A stretch of DNA of 64,000 nucleotides, taken from contig NC_081331.1 of assembly GCF_022539665.2 (NCBI RefSeq), positions 372,001 to 436,000 of the forward strand. Reading direction: 5' to 3'. A program made the translations under genes and the position numbers. The notes beneath the pieces are model-generated. The model was not told the DNA's origin. It made no database searches and saw nothing but the letters and a program-made list of their open reading frames with translations. The DNA comes from Daphnia carinata (taxonomy: Eukaryota). This document shows, one piece after another, positions 10,857 through 24,424 of the stretch. How positions within the stretch are numbered: position 1 is the stretch's first letter; each line of letters begins with the position of its first letter.

Positions 10857-13800
10857 TCATTTCCTGTAAAGTGGAACGAAAGAGAGTTAAAATGCTAAAT
10901 CGTATCTAGATCTGTGTTTGATTGCTACAGACTTGTGAGAGCCGGAAGAAGGTCCTGGCGAACTGTCGGCGGCCGCAGCAGACGAAATGGGCGTTACGGC
11001 TGCAGCGGCTGCTGCTCCACCTGCGCTACCACCTCCACCATTACCACCGCCGCCACCATCCTTCATTTTATCCACGTAATCGGAGAAGATGTCACGGAAG
11101 CGGGACCAAGACTTTTCCGGAATGGTCACAGCCGTACGGTAGTTGGTCTTGACCTGTTTTTCATCCAATTTTTTTTTTTTTTTTTTTTTGACTTTGAATT
11201 CATTGGACGAAATGCTTTAAAAAAAAAAAAATCCAATGAACCTCTGAAATGCGCATGTAAATGCCTCGATTGTTTTGGCCGATGTCAAAGTAAAAGTTTT
11301 TGTTTTCCACGCGCAAGTGTCGGCCCTCTGGTAGCTCACCTGCAATTTGAGCAAAGCGATCACACGTGCATGTATTAAAAGAGTAAAGAAAAAATGATTT
11401 GAAAAGAACCTTTGAATCCGCCATCGTCGGTGCCAAATTCCTCGAGTAGGTCGGTGAGTGCGTCACGAAATTCAATCATTCCTTGGGCAGGTATAGCGAT
11501 CTGCGAACGGGGCCCTCCTCTAGCTATCGTTTGAGACACCTGAAGATGTCAATCAAACGATCAAAAACAAGAAAAAGAGAGAGAGAGAGAGAAATGAGAT
11601 GTGTTTGATGGGCAAAGGCAAACGTGAGGAGTCTAACCCTAAGGAAACGCCCGCGTGAATTTTCCTTCAAGTCGAGATAGTAACGTCGATTGTCCTTGGT
11701 CATCATTTCCGACTTGAGTTTACCATCCTCGGGCAAGTTGTCAGGATTGGGCGGACCTGTTTTCGTGTGTCATTTCACAATCAAATAAACAAATAAAAAC
11801 AAATGTCAATGATGGCGCTTCTTTTGGCATTTAATCCATCTGATTGATTCCATCGTACTACCGAGAGAAGCGTAGAAATCACTAAAGGCCGATAGGTGGC
11901 CACGGAATTCCGCCGCTGTCGACAAAGCCAGAAAGATTTGGCTCCGGCGTCCGTCAGCTCCAATCTAACGACATCAGATAAAAAAAAAAAAAAAACACGA
12001 TTGAAATGGTCTCATGTCGCAACGACACACATTGCATCATTTCGATATTACCTCTGCCACTTTGATGAATCTGCCGCGCCGGTTTTGTTTCACGTCAAGG
12101 TAGAACCTCTTCGACTGGATCTGCAGCATTTTCGAGGCAAGCTCTTGCTCACCTGGTTGGCCCGGCCCTGTTGCATTTCACAAAAGCGCGTTCAATCATT
12201 ACATCGCCACACATCTTTTCTCTTTCAATAATTAAGCATGTCAAGTAGCTTAAAAACTAACACACACGCGCGCGCAATGCAAACGGATAACAAAACATTC
12301 TGTTCACTGGAGTCTTACAATCTTCCATGATGACTTGAGCTGACTTGTTGATGCAACAACGCGCAACGATTAAAAAAAAAGAAAAAGAAAGAATAATAGG
12401 AAGAAGAAGGAACTGCTGGGCTAAATGGCTACGACTTTGAGCTGCATCAAGCCGAAAAAGAAAGAGACAAAACAAACAAAAAACAGGGGGGGATGCAATC
12501 ACGATTTGTGTTGCGTAAGTGAACAAATCGCATGATCCCCGGGCCCAGACGACGGCAGACCACGACCGAGACTAGAAAGAGACTGCCGCAGAAAGGGCGA
12601 ACGGTCTCAACCGACAGATTTTTCAGGGCGTTCAATTCTCTTGTGTTCAATTTCGCCTCAAGACTCCACTTTGGGCTTCTCGAAACCAACCGTCTAATCC
12701 CCCCCCCCTTTCCCCCACCTCCGCTTTACCTACACTACACCTTTACCTGCTACTTGCCCAGACTCTCTTTTGTTTTTTTTTTTTTTTTCTCTCTCTCTTT
12801 TTCCCTTCTTTCTCTCTCTCTCCCGTTCTCTCTTCGGCAATGGCTTCAGGCGTGCAACGGAGACGTTCGTCGTCTTCTTCCTAGACGTCGTTCAAAAATG
12901 TTTAAAAAAAAAAAAAAGCTTCCAAGAATAAAAAGAGAGACAGAAATTCCGGCGATTCCGCATTGGTTCACTCGGGCATAACAAAGAAAAAAGAAAAAAA
13001 CCCAGAAGGTGATGGTTCCTGGAGGATTGCACCAAATTTGTACGATTTTTTTTTTTGTTGTTGTTTTTGCCCAGCAAACGATTTGGGTGGTCGGTCCTAC
13101 GCCAATGTCACACGACCGGGCTATTCGTTTCGTCACGGTCGTCATTCTCCCTATCCATTTATTTTTTTTTTTGTCCACCCTTTTTTCCTTAAAAAGTTAA
13201 CTTTTAATTTGAGTTAATCGCATTTGAAAATTCTTTTCAGGGACGAGGTGCGAAAAGTGGGGAAAAAAAAAAACAAACGAGATGCGATGGTCGAGTTTGA
13301 GAGTTGGACATGTGTCAGGAAAGGGGTTGCATAGGTGTACAGCACGTGTCGTCATCGTGAGGGAATGGTACGCAAGGCCATTGCGTTACAAAATGGAAGC
13401 GCACACATAAGGCCGAAAGAAAGAGACAGACAGCTCCCTGTATGTCTTTCTTTGCGGTCCTTCTCATTTCTTATTCTCCTCCTTTTTTTTCTTTCTGATT
13501 CGTCCATAGTGTGCGACACGACGTGCAGTCACTGACGCACACCATGCATAGGTAAAATCAGGAGTTTACACGTGCCCATCTCTCGGTGAGCGCACAAAAG
13601 GAAGAGAGGCGCAATCAAACAAAGGAAGATCCAATAAAAGAAGATTTTTAACAAAGTGTCCGAACATTTGAATCGGGAAAAAAATTGCCAGTCGATGATC
13701 AATCGATCGTTTCTTTGGCTCGAACGATACGATGAAAAGATCTGGAACCATTTGCGCGAAACAAAAAAAAAATAATAATGGGCAAAAAAACAAAAATGGC

Positions 13801-16137
13801 AGCTTATATATAGACACGCACGCAGACAACCCCGATGCGTGAAAACGGGCCAAGGTCGGTTCGATGAGTCTGAGTGTGTTGCGTTCGTGAGTATGGATCA
13901 ATACTCCTCCCTCCCTCCCGCGCGCCTGTTCTCCGCCGTGTGTGTGCGTATTTTATCCCGAAGCCGTCGGCGTCGCTATCCCGCTGCGGCCCGCCCCCAT
14001 TTGTTGCGGATCGAGCGTCTGGACCGAACTTCGGTTTCCAGACAGATCCGCCGATTTCTCTCTCCCGAACCGACCGTCTGACTTCCATTTGCCCGCGGTG
14101 TGTGTGTGAATTTTTTTTTTTTTTTTTTTTGTTATTGTTGTTGTCCTCTTCTTCTTTTCTTGTTTTTTTTTTTTTTTTTTCTCCATTTCCTCTTCTTTTC
14201 GTAATTTTTTTTTTTTTTTTTTTTTTGCATTTATAACAGCGGGAATGGTGTGGGGTTTTTCGGTTGGCTCTCTCTTCTTCTTTTGCCATCGTTTCTTATG
14301 TTTTGTTTCGCCGAGTAAGAAGACGGCAGCCATCAGACCGTTCACACGCGGCCGCACCGCAAATACAAAAACATATTTCTTTTCCTTTCTTCTTTTTCGA
14401 AAAAAAAAAAAAAAATGGAAAGAGAGAAATATATTAGGTTTAATAATTTTCTTTTCTTTTGCTTTCTTGAAAATAATAATTAAAAAAAAAAAAATATGGG
14501 GAAAAAAAACGAAAGAAAAATGGACAAATCGTCTGGGCCCGAGGCTGCGGCGACTGTCCGCAACGTTTTCCTCTATCCGTTCCACCACCTGGTTCGTGCG
14601 TGCAGACCTTTTTTTTTTTTTTTTTTTTTTTTTTATTCCAGATTCTCCTTCTTCCTTCACTTTATCATACCACTTTTGTCTTATTCATCTGATTTCCTAT
14701 GCCAAACGCTTCCATTTTTGTTTTTGGTTCAAAATATGCGCAACACGATTGCGTACTTATTCACGAAAATGACGGCGCAATGGCAAAACGGGATGGGAAG
14801 CAATCGGGTTGGCGAATAAATTCGGTTCGCTTCTTTTTTTTATTCGAGAAATAGGAAAAAAAATAACGAGGCTTGAAACTCTTTTACCCGCGTTCGTTTA
14901 CAAGAGAGACGAGAGCAAGTGGACGTGTCGCATGATGAACGATCGTGAAAATGAACTGAGTCAATCTTTTTCCTATTTAAAAAGAAAATTTATCGCCTCG
15001 CCGTCATTATCGGAAGTTGTTTTCTGTTTAAGTTACTAGTCGGGGAATATTAAAAACTAATGGGGGGAGGGGGGGGCTCTTTTCTGATTGGGAAACGTGA
15101 TACTAACGAGCAGTTGATTCCGGCTCGTTAGACGACATGATCACGCCGCGCCTACCGTCTGCCTCGGCACACATCCATCAACTAATAAAACGAGTGAGAT
15201 AGATAGATAGTTAAAGAAATGAGCGGTGCCGTTTGAAATAGAACGGTTTGTGCGATTTGTTCCCATCATTTCAATGGGCGAGCATATTAGTTATTGGGGA
15301 CGGACGCTGTTTTTGTAGGTTAATCGTTTCGTCCTCGGTGTTTGGATTGCTGTTGCCAAGCGAAAAAGAGAAAAGAAATGGCCAATTTTTGGGGGGAGGA
15401 AAAAAAAAAAAAAAAAAAAAAAAATATATGTAACCCATAAGTTTGAAGCGCAACAATGACAAGAAAAAAAAAAAAAAAAAAAAGAAAAGCCAATCCTCTT
15501 TTGTTTTGTTATACTACTGTTTGTTGGATTAATTAATGATGGGACGGGCGTGGAGATGGATGAACAGAGAAGCCAGGACGGCAAAAATGATAAAGAAGAG
15601 AAGAACCAAGTGAACCCTCTTCTAGCTAGCAGCGGCAGGATCGATCGATCCACGTTGTCACCTGGGTCGGTTCTAGCCCTCACTGCAGAACACCGTCTGT
15701 CACGCTCAACTTTTGTCTAGTCTCGTCACACACTTCTGTTACATGTTTTGTTTCCTTCGGGATGTTGTGGCGCATTCAATGAACGAGACATCCAAAATTT
15801 AAAACATAAGAAATGATTGTGCCAGACAAGAGCGCGGGAGGAGAGTAGGACAGCAGACGACGCTCTCAATGATTTGCGTACCTGCTAAATCGGATCCTAA
15901 CCCAGAAATGTCGCTATCGGCGCCGCCACTGCCGCCGCCACCGCTGCGGAAATGGCGAGTCTCACGCGGTGCATGATGGTAATCGCGGCCAACATTGCCA
16001 CCACCACCACCTCCGCCTCCGGGAGTCGGTCGTTGATCAGTTCGACCGCTTCGCTGATGTTGACGATGATGCTGATGTTGATACGCGTCTCTATCAAAAT
16101 CACCCCCTCCGTCACTTGAATCGGAACCACCAAACAT
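10857..16137 (-). CDS. Pur-alpha: Transcriptional activator Pur-alpha (PUR repeats I-III)
   Basis: Exons 15882-16137, 12052-12167, 11862-11964, 11638-11756, 11410-11539, 11242-11339, ~10933-11153 have consistent phases. Encode [51 protein letters not shown] and [20 protein letters not shown]. Stop is either 10887 (unspliced) or 10857 via a short terminal exon. Confidence 0.95.
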
Positions 16138-19100
16138 GGTGAACGCGTGAGTGTTAATCGGCCGGCCGGGACGGATAGATGGACGTCAGACAAAAGGCAG
16201 GCAAAAATGCTGGACGATGACGTTGTCAACTCTGACGCTGGAACGTTCTGCTTTTTTTTTTTTTTGCCTCGAATATTTGAATACACCAACTAAAATTTTT
16301 TTATCCGGCGTTTTTGTTTTCTTCGGTGAGAGGAAGTGGGTTGGAAGTGCGGGGGGGTTGGGTGAATTGGTCCCCTGTTGGTTCCGTGTGCGAATCAATA
16401 AATGGAAGGGGGGGGGTCTGGGGCGCCTCAAACCGACGGATGGACGATAACAATCAAAATAATAATAATTAAAAAAAAGACACTTCAACAATGGCGAATA
16501 ATGGCGTCGATGATGAAAAAAATGCGAGGCGTCCGACTGGTTTGGCCAGATGACTTGCGATTCACGAGAAAAGGTTGGCGGTGCTGTTGCCTAGTCGTAA
16601 CAAAGTTTCGGATTGGGTGCGGGTGATTGACCGACGTCGTCGTGATGGCCGTCGTTGTCGTCTTAGACCGACGTCGACTTGGACGAAACTTTGGATCGGC
16701 GAATCGGTTCCGATCCGTGACACGGCACCGGTCGATCCGCGAATCCGGCCCAACTTGCCAAACGGCTCCTTTGTTGTGCACGCACGCGATTCGGCCTTCT
16801 TCCGGCACACCGAATCCAAACACACTAGTCGACGTGTGCTCGTCTCTGCTCGTTCGGGCGGCGCAAAACAGTCTTCGACGTCTTCCCAGACTAGGCTGGA
16901 TTGAGCACATTCGAAATGGCGACAACTTCAAACGGTCTGCAAGAAATCGGGCAAATTGCGAAGAGACAAACGAAACAACGGCAGCAGTACAACAACCAGC
17001 AGAGAAAGGAGAGACTCTCTCTTTTTTTTTTTTTTTTTTTTTTTTTCAGTCCAGCAATCCGCAAGAATCCGCAGTTGCAATTTTTTTTTTTTCTTTTTTT
17101 CTTCGAGAGGGAGGGGAAGGAAAGCGGCGGAGAGACAGAAAAGAAAAACCACGAAAGGGTGGTCCGGGAGGAGGTGCTAGAAAGGATAGGAGGAGTCGGC
17201 CGGGATCCCTGCACAATACACCACGCACACACCCGCGCCCGCGCACACACACAGTCCAACACACACAACAGCTTTGGCCAGCTTCGTGCCACCGACTGGT
17301 CTGAACTGCACGGCCGTCAAAGACAACACTACCCAGGCACTTTTATGATTTTTTGGCCAGTACTTCAGCGCCACCATTCCGCCAATTCGGAAAGCACCGG
17401 CCGGAATCCACCTTTGTCTCATTTTCTTTTCTTTTTTTTTCCACATTTCCTTTTTCTATTCAATGAGATAAAAAAAAAAAAAGAGAGGGGAGGGGGAGAA
17501 TCAAGCGAAACCGGGGAATTCATTCCCACGCACGTATCACGCTGATAAACTCGATTGTTTTACGAGACTCTAGGATATCAGAGCCAAAAAGGAAAAATGT
17601 GACATAAATAAACCGAAATGTTTGCGAATGAGACCTTTAACACCTCAAAGTTCTGCATCCGATCAGAACAAGACGCGAGAAAAAGTGCCAAAAAACGGAT
17701 CGCGGAATGACGCAAACATTTGTGCTGATGATAACGAACAATGTCACCGACCGATCAGAACCAAAGTAGATCGTAACGCCCCTAGTCTCAAAGATAAGTG
17801 CAGTCTAAAATTAGTGCAAAACGGGATCAAAGCAGCCGTTTTCAAAAAGGCAACAACCAAAAAGGAGGCCACAGCGCAGACACCGACCGACTTGAACGGA
17901 ACAGATGCTGAGACCTACCCTACCGTCCTCAAAAAAGAGTCTAGCCAGTTCAACCACCTCAACACGTGCCCGCATACTAGATTGTCGAGGACCAAAGATA
18001 TTCGAATTGAAAAAAAAACAAACAAAAAAATAGGGAAGAAATTACTTGGAATCAATGGCATTGTTAACTGGACATTATTTCAATTCATCAAGGTCTTTGT
18101 AGTACTAGAGCCTTTCAGTTCAACATATTTTTTCGAGTGACAGCTTTCTCCTCAAGGCTCTCCAAGAACCAGATCTAGTAAAAAACATTTGTACGCGTCC
18201 ATTTGATTCCTCGGAAAAACATTGAACGAAAACCCGCTAAGCCTGTTTCGTTCAACCACCTTAAACGCGATCTGACGGCAGCGACAACACGAAATAAAAT
18301 GTTGCCTTATTTTCATCAAAAACGACTCAGGCGCATCTCCCTGTTGGTGCCACTGGGTTTCCTACATAGCGGAAGACCTGACCAACCCGTCCCTTTTTCA
18401 AAAACTCGTATCAAATTGTTCTTTACCCATCGATGTCCAGTACGCCCACAAATCGGGATCGATGTCGTTGTAATTCAAAGCACGATTCAAAAAATCCATC
18501 CTGCCGCAATCACCTCCTATAACGTAAACCATTTATGTGTGTCGATTGAAAAAAAACAGACAAATTGCACTTGCACAGGTAACTCTTTAACTGGAGCACT
18601 GATAATGGGCGTCTTTCTCGAGCAATCGGTTACCAACGACAATGGTACTTCGTCCTGATACGTTCTCGACTTGGTCAACACCTATATCAAAACCGAAACG
18701 TGAGATCCGCTACAACGTATAGGTGTATGCATATTCATACTGACAAGGACAAGGTCGTACAACCCTTATAGAGCTAGTTAACGGATCAATCCGACCTGAC
18801 TGTGCTGGACACACTATCCCACTCTGTTAGCTGTTGCCGCCTCTGTCGTGAACGAAACAAACACTTCATTCGAATTAGCCTTGAGTAGTTTTGTAGAAGA
18901 TAGATAAAAAAATGCTTCTAGAAATCGTGTTTCGACGCCCCGGAACTGTTCGATGACAAGGCCCCACCCGTCTTACACTTTCATTCCCAACAGCCCCAAC
19001 ATTTCTTTTCGAGTTTACAAAGAAAATCCTTGAGACATTCCATGTCTAAGGTGGACTGAAATAATGTGTGAGACACCAAATCTCTTGGAAGATGTCTTGG

Positions 19101-20015
19101 CTATAAGATTGAGCTCGATGGGAAAAAAAAAGCTAACCAGTCAAGGGTATTTGCCAGGAAGCTGTTCGAATTTAAAATTGCATTTGTTGTAAGTGACAAC
19201 TTCTCTAGAAAAATAAAGACAATTCAGTGTTTCCATCAAAACAATTTGAGGAAGAAGACAGTCAATTCCTGACCAATTATGACCAAAAATTAACAGAAGA
19301 ATATCTGGCTGCTTATCAGGGCTATGGAAATTCGCCTAGCAACAACTTTGGGGAAAAGTCAAGATGGAGATTCAGGTAAAATATTTTACAAAACTACCAT
19401 TACTAATCATTATACATACCTAAACACATGATATCTGAGTTTAACATATGTAAATACAAGCACAAAACTTGTGTTAACCAATTATGATGACCCTTAAGTG
19501 ACAAAGAACATCAGTGGATCACATTCACGTCAATTTCGGATAGTTTCAACCGATTTTTGTTGAAGAATAAAAGCTAAACATCAATACGCTATTTTAATGA
19601 AATGTCATTTTGCACTTACCTTCGGAAAATTCCCCCGAAGCAGCTTCATCTTCGAATTCTAGTTCACTCATTATGTTTGCTCTCCATAACAAATGGAATA
19701 ACCAAGATGTAACTGTTTTGATACAGAAACGCCGTTAGATGTCTCCCCAAGACATTGGTAGTTATCCCGTCGCTAGATGGCGGTATAAACGCTCCGCAAC
19801 TATCCTCTTCTTCCACTCCAGCATTGCAGTTCATGTTCATAATAGAATCCATTCAATCGCTATCTACATTTAACTTCAAATGCAGACCAAGATCTTCATT
19901 GAATGAAAAAAAAAAAAAAAAGCTTTTTTAAGGGGGAAAATGCTTTGGACTGTATTTATAACCGCAATAGCAATACATATCACAAGCAATTCCACACACG
20001 CATAATGTTTCATCT

Positions 20016-20619
20016 TTATTCGTTCTCCTCGGAGCGGAGGCGGGCGTTGGGGTTGGTGAGCTTGATGGCCAACTGCTTAGCACGCTCGACGATAGTCTTG
20101 CGCTTCTTAGATGACACGGCATGGCCGATTTCAGCGCAGTACTTGCGGTTCTGCATCATAAGGATTTCCAACTCCTATGAAAGAGAAAATGACAATTTAA
20201 GCACAAGCAATTATGCTGCAGCTTCCTAGGTTAAAGCTACTCCAAAGGCAACCACTGACAAATAATAACAATGTTTCAACTCTAATTCAATTGTTTGACA
20301 AATTGTTACAAACCTTGATGTTGTGGATGACGACTTTCCTGAAGCCGTTGGGAAGCATGTGCTTGGTGTTTTTGGCAGAACCATAACCAATCTTGGGCAT
20401 CAGGTACTGTCCCTTGAACTTCCTTCGCACTCTGTTGTCAATACCCTTAGGCCTACGCCAGTTCCTCTATAAAAACCAATAACAGTTAGTAAGTTCAATT
20501 AAATATAAGAGTTTAAGCATATTTACCTTGAGCTTGTCATAACGATCGCTCTGATGACGAATAAACTGTTTCGTCCTCTTCTTGACGATCTTCGGCCTTG
20601 ATGCTGGGCGGATGGCCAT
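20016..20619 (-). CDS. RpL32: 60S ribosomal protein L32
   Basis: Three coding exons: [31 protein letters not shown] | [30 protein letters not shown].. | [52 protein letters not shown]. Confidence 0.98.
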
Positions 20620-20858
20620 TTTCAGGTCTCAATTCTACACGTTACAATAAAAACATTACCGTCATTAGTCCCAATAGTGAAACCCGAAAAATTACAAATT
20701 GAACCACAAAAAGTGTTCCACACAAAACCCTGCGAACAAACACTTCAAATAAACCAAAAAAATTCTACCATAAAAAACAAAAATAATTTGTATCTAAAAT
20801 AGTATTTCTGTAAAGGATGAAGTCGGATATTATTCTTTAAATCCACGAGTTCACGTAC

Positions 20859-21130
20859 CAGGTTGAGGTGCTCAGCGAAAGAGCAAGCCAATGGAAAAGA
20901 CCAAAACTACCAAGACAGACGTAAAGGGTAGAGCTAAACAGCAAGTCTGTTGGGCAGATGAGCAATTTTGCCATGTTTCCCAAAGAAAAATTTTAAATTC
21001 ATTACTAAATTTCCTGTTTTATGTTGCATTTGCAATTTTTAAATATGGAATGTAGTGAAATTAGTTTAAATAATATAAATATTAAATTAGGATTAATGAA
21101 GACGTTGCACGCAAAAGGCCGTAGGGTAAG
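20859..21130. promoter_or_regulatory. Short divergent promoter region for RpL32 and MOB3, with TCT/5'TOP-like start on the RpL32 non-coding exon
   Basis: Minus-strand CTCTTTCG at ~20883 followed by donor CTG|GTACGT at 20858. MOB3 ATG lies ~350 nt away on the opposite strand. Confidence 0.55.
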
Positions 21131-21232
21131 ACAGCTGTAGCAGAAACTATTTGTGTGATGGTGGTGTGAGACGAGTAAGGAAGTTTGTAATTTTGTCTAC
21201 AGAAGTTGCATTGAATTTACTACCATACAGAA

Positions 21233-22246
21233 ATGGCCCTTAGTGGCTTTGTCGATTTTTTCCAAAAAGGAAAGGTAATAAAATCCATGAATTAGCTGAC
21301 CTGCATGTATTAGAGATTTCTTGTTAGAATGTACACGATTTGTTGGCGCCCAATGGCCCGCTGTTTCCACATTCCATACTATCGGAACAAGTTGTTTACA
21401 ACCACAGTCTATTTCCGGCGTGTTATCTCACCTTTCTCAATCTCCTTTTTTAAAACAGACTTTTAAGCCAAAGAAAAAATTTGAACCAGGAACCCTTCGC
21501 TATTCTTTACACACTCAAGCACAAGCATCATTAAGTTCTGGAATAAACCTTCGAGCAGCAGTTTTACTTCCCCCTGGTGAAGATCTGAATGACTGGATAG
21601 CAGTGCATGGTACTATAGTTTAATAAAATGAATACAAATAAATATTTATTTGCATTTTCCCTCCTTGCTACAGTTGTGGATTTTTTCAACCGCATAAATC
21701 TCATCTATGGAACCATTTCTGATTATTGCACTGAGGCATCATGCTCTACCATGTCTGGTGGACCAAAATTTGAGTATCTCTGGGCTGATGGTAATAAGTA
21801 CAAGAAGCCCACTAAACTACCTGCCCCCCAGTACATCTCACTGTTGATGGAATGGGCTGAAGCACAGATTAACAATGAAACTCTTTTCCCTGTCAGCACT
21901 GGTATATCTTTCTACTTTCAGTGGTCACTATTTTTACATTTGATAAGAATTTCGTTTTTAATCAGATATCCCGTTTCCTAAGACGTTCATCAGCCAGTGC
22001 AAGAAAATTTTGACCCGCCTGTTTCGCGTATTTGTCCACGTCTACATACACCACTTTGATCGTTTAGTTGCAATTGGCGCTGAAGCACACGTCAATACTT
22101 GTTATAAACATTTCTTCTATTTTGTTCGGCAATTTGATTTAATAGGTGAGCGAGAGTTGGAACCCCTTCAGGAGATGACGGCTCACATTTGCAAAGATCC
22201 CCCTATCGAGTGCATCAACTCTCCGTCACGCTCTAACAATCGATGA
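21233..22246 (+). CDS. MOB3: MOB kinase activator-like 3
   Basis: Exons 21233-21274, 21459-21609, 21674-21901, 21966-22246: [83 protein letters not shown]. Confidence 0.95.
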
Positions 22247-22627
22247 TGACAACCCAGTCAATGTAAATAAGAAAAGAAATTAAACAGGTGTGTTCCTTCA
22301 GATGTTGTATACCCTGTTATTGACCGAATTTTCCATAATATTATTTAACCTGTAACAAGTTTTTGTTTTCGTCCCATATAGTCGGTATGTGCTGTCTGGT
22401 GTAATTGTTGAATCCGACATTTTTTTTTCCTTTTTAATATTACTGCAATTCCTTAAAAAAAAATCGAATCTCTTAACAACCAACGTAAGATGCATCGCGG
22501 CAATACAAATCTCCTATTTCACTGCTCATTTTCCTTTGTTAAAATTTTGAATTGTAAGATATCAGCGAGAACGATGGAAAAGTAGCAGTGTGATATTAAT
22601 GAGGAAATGAAACTACACCGATGACAG

Positions 22628-23803
22628 TTACTCATTTAGGTACTTCACAATTGTTTTTTCCATGTCAAAAGGATTGACGTTGGCGGCAGATCGTTCCACT
22701 GGTTGCCCTTGCTTGTTGATGACAAACTGTTCAGCGGAAAGGAATAACGTTTAAGAGTGGTAATACTATGCGCAAAAATATTTCAACCAACCTTGGTAAA
22801 ATTCCATTTGATAGCACTGCAGAGTATAAAATATAAACAATTGATAATGAAAAAAATTCTACAATTTTATTCTTACTCAATCAGCAAACCGCCTTGCTTT
22901 TCTTTGAGGTATTTCCAGAGCGGATGGGCATCTTCTCCGTTTACATTTATTTTGGAAAATACATCGAATTTCCCATCTCCTTTGTATCCAGAGATAAAGC
23001 ACTTGATTTGTTCACTATTGCCAGGCTCTTGTGACATGAACTGATTACATGGAAAGGCCAAAATTTTCAAACCCTGAAATAAAATAGATATGAAATTCGC
23101 ATGTAGAGATAAAAAGTAAAGTAACTTAAAAGTCATAATATAATATGAATCTATCGACCAAGAAAATGCCAATTAACACTTCTTTTGTGAGGTACGAAAC
23201 AACAACACCTTAATCAATTGGTTATCAACTGTGCCATCCATTAGTTTAAATGTAGGAGTGATACAATGAGATTACTGTTAGCAGCAATTTTTCAAAAAAT
23301 AGCATTACAATTGGCATAGCAGCACAATCTTTTGATATTAATTTCAAACAAATTTCTGTACTCTACGAAAGACAGAAATTTACCTTGGACTCAAATCTGT
23401 CATATAAGTCCACCAGTTGTGTGTAGTTTACTGTGAATTGAAAATCATTGTTGGTCATTGCAAACACAGGCACACAAAAATATCTAGAATATTACCATGA
23501 GTATACCCACACTTTGAGGCAACATTTACAATAATGCAGACATGATTCCTTGGTAGAAAAATGTACTGTTTAGATTGAAAGCAGCAGGGTCACTTATTTG
23601 TTTTGTTTGTTTGTTTTTACCTGTATTTCTCCAATGACACTTGATTCCCATCTATGTCTGTTACTGTAAAATCGTAAATGGATGTTGCAGATTTATAGTC
23701 GGCGTTGCCGATACCTTCAGCTGAAGCCTTTCAATAACCAAAACTTTTATTAGATGTTTTAGATCTACAAGTAACTATAGAGTTCAAAAATTCTTATTAC
23801 CAT
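22628..23803 (-). CDS. GPx4-like: Phospholipid-hydroperoxide glutathione peroxidase-like, Cys-type paralog
   Basis: Exons 23801-23803, 23621-23727, 23496-23548, 23384-23430, 22877-23073, 22792-22816, 22628-22726. Motifs NVASKCG (TGT), [17 protein letters not shown]. Confidence 0.93.
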
Positions 23804-24214
23804 TCTTCAAGGGCACAGAGATTGGAGGAAGACCACGTACGACTGCTACCGTAGATAAAAGTGTCTGAACTGACGTTACCTATTAAAGACACGGGACTGC
23901 CACTGGCACGTTCTCTTATACACGGAACATTGTGTTGATTTTGAAGCCGTTGACGCGTTTATCTTAGACGAAAAAAAAAAACAATTTCAAAATGAAGGCG
24001 ACAATCATTCCAACATTTTATATGTGTACATTTTCAATTTACGGTTTGTCCGTTTCTAACGTGGTATCCCGTGATCCTTTACATCCAAATAAAGATTTTT
24101 GGGCTCGCACTCGTTTTAACCCTTTTTTTCAGTTATAGCAGTACGTTTATAATTCGACACTGTTTAATTTTCTAACAAATAAGGCGACAGTACAATTTCT
24201 TACAAATTCATTGT

Positions 24215-24300
24215 TAATCACCAGTGAAATAGTAGCATCCTGACTTCTCCATACCAATAAGGCTTTTTAGAGAGTCTATCATTTATATTCCTTCTGATTA
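24215..24300 (-). promoter_or_regulatory. SECIS element (type II-like) in the 3' UTR of the Sec-GPx gene
   Basis: Minus strand: TAATCA..ATA-A-ATGA-TA-GACTCTCT-AAAAA-GCC-TTATT-GGT-AT-GGAGAAGTC-A-GGAT..TGATTA. Shows AUGA/GA core, helix II, unpaired A run, ministem and lower helix; ~145 nt after the stop. Confidence 0.85.
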
Positions 24301-24424
24301 TAACCTGAACTCGATTAGAAATGAACAGTGCTTCGAGAGCCAAAAACAAATAAAAAAATCTTCAATTGTTCTCGCTAATTGAGACTAGCTTCACAAAACT
24401 GGCCATAGTATCCCGAACCACTCA

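Noticed and set aside
12257..17545. Many 60-235 aa ORFs rich in Phe or Lys
   Set aside because: Produced by poly(T)/poly(A) runs in Pur-alpha introns and leader; only the 15882-16137 exon is supported.
17622..18658. Plus-strand ORFs of 172 and 151 aa
   Set aside because: No recognisable motifs or assembled gene model; left unresolved rather than called.
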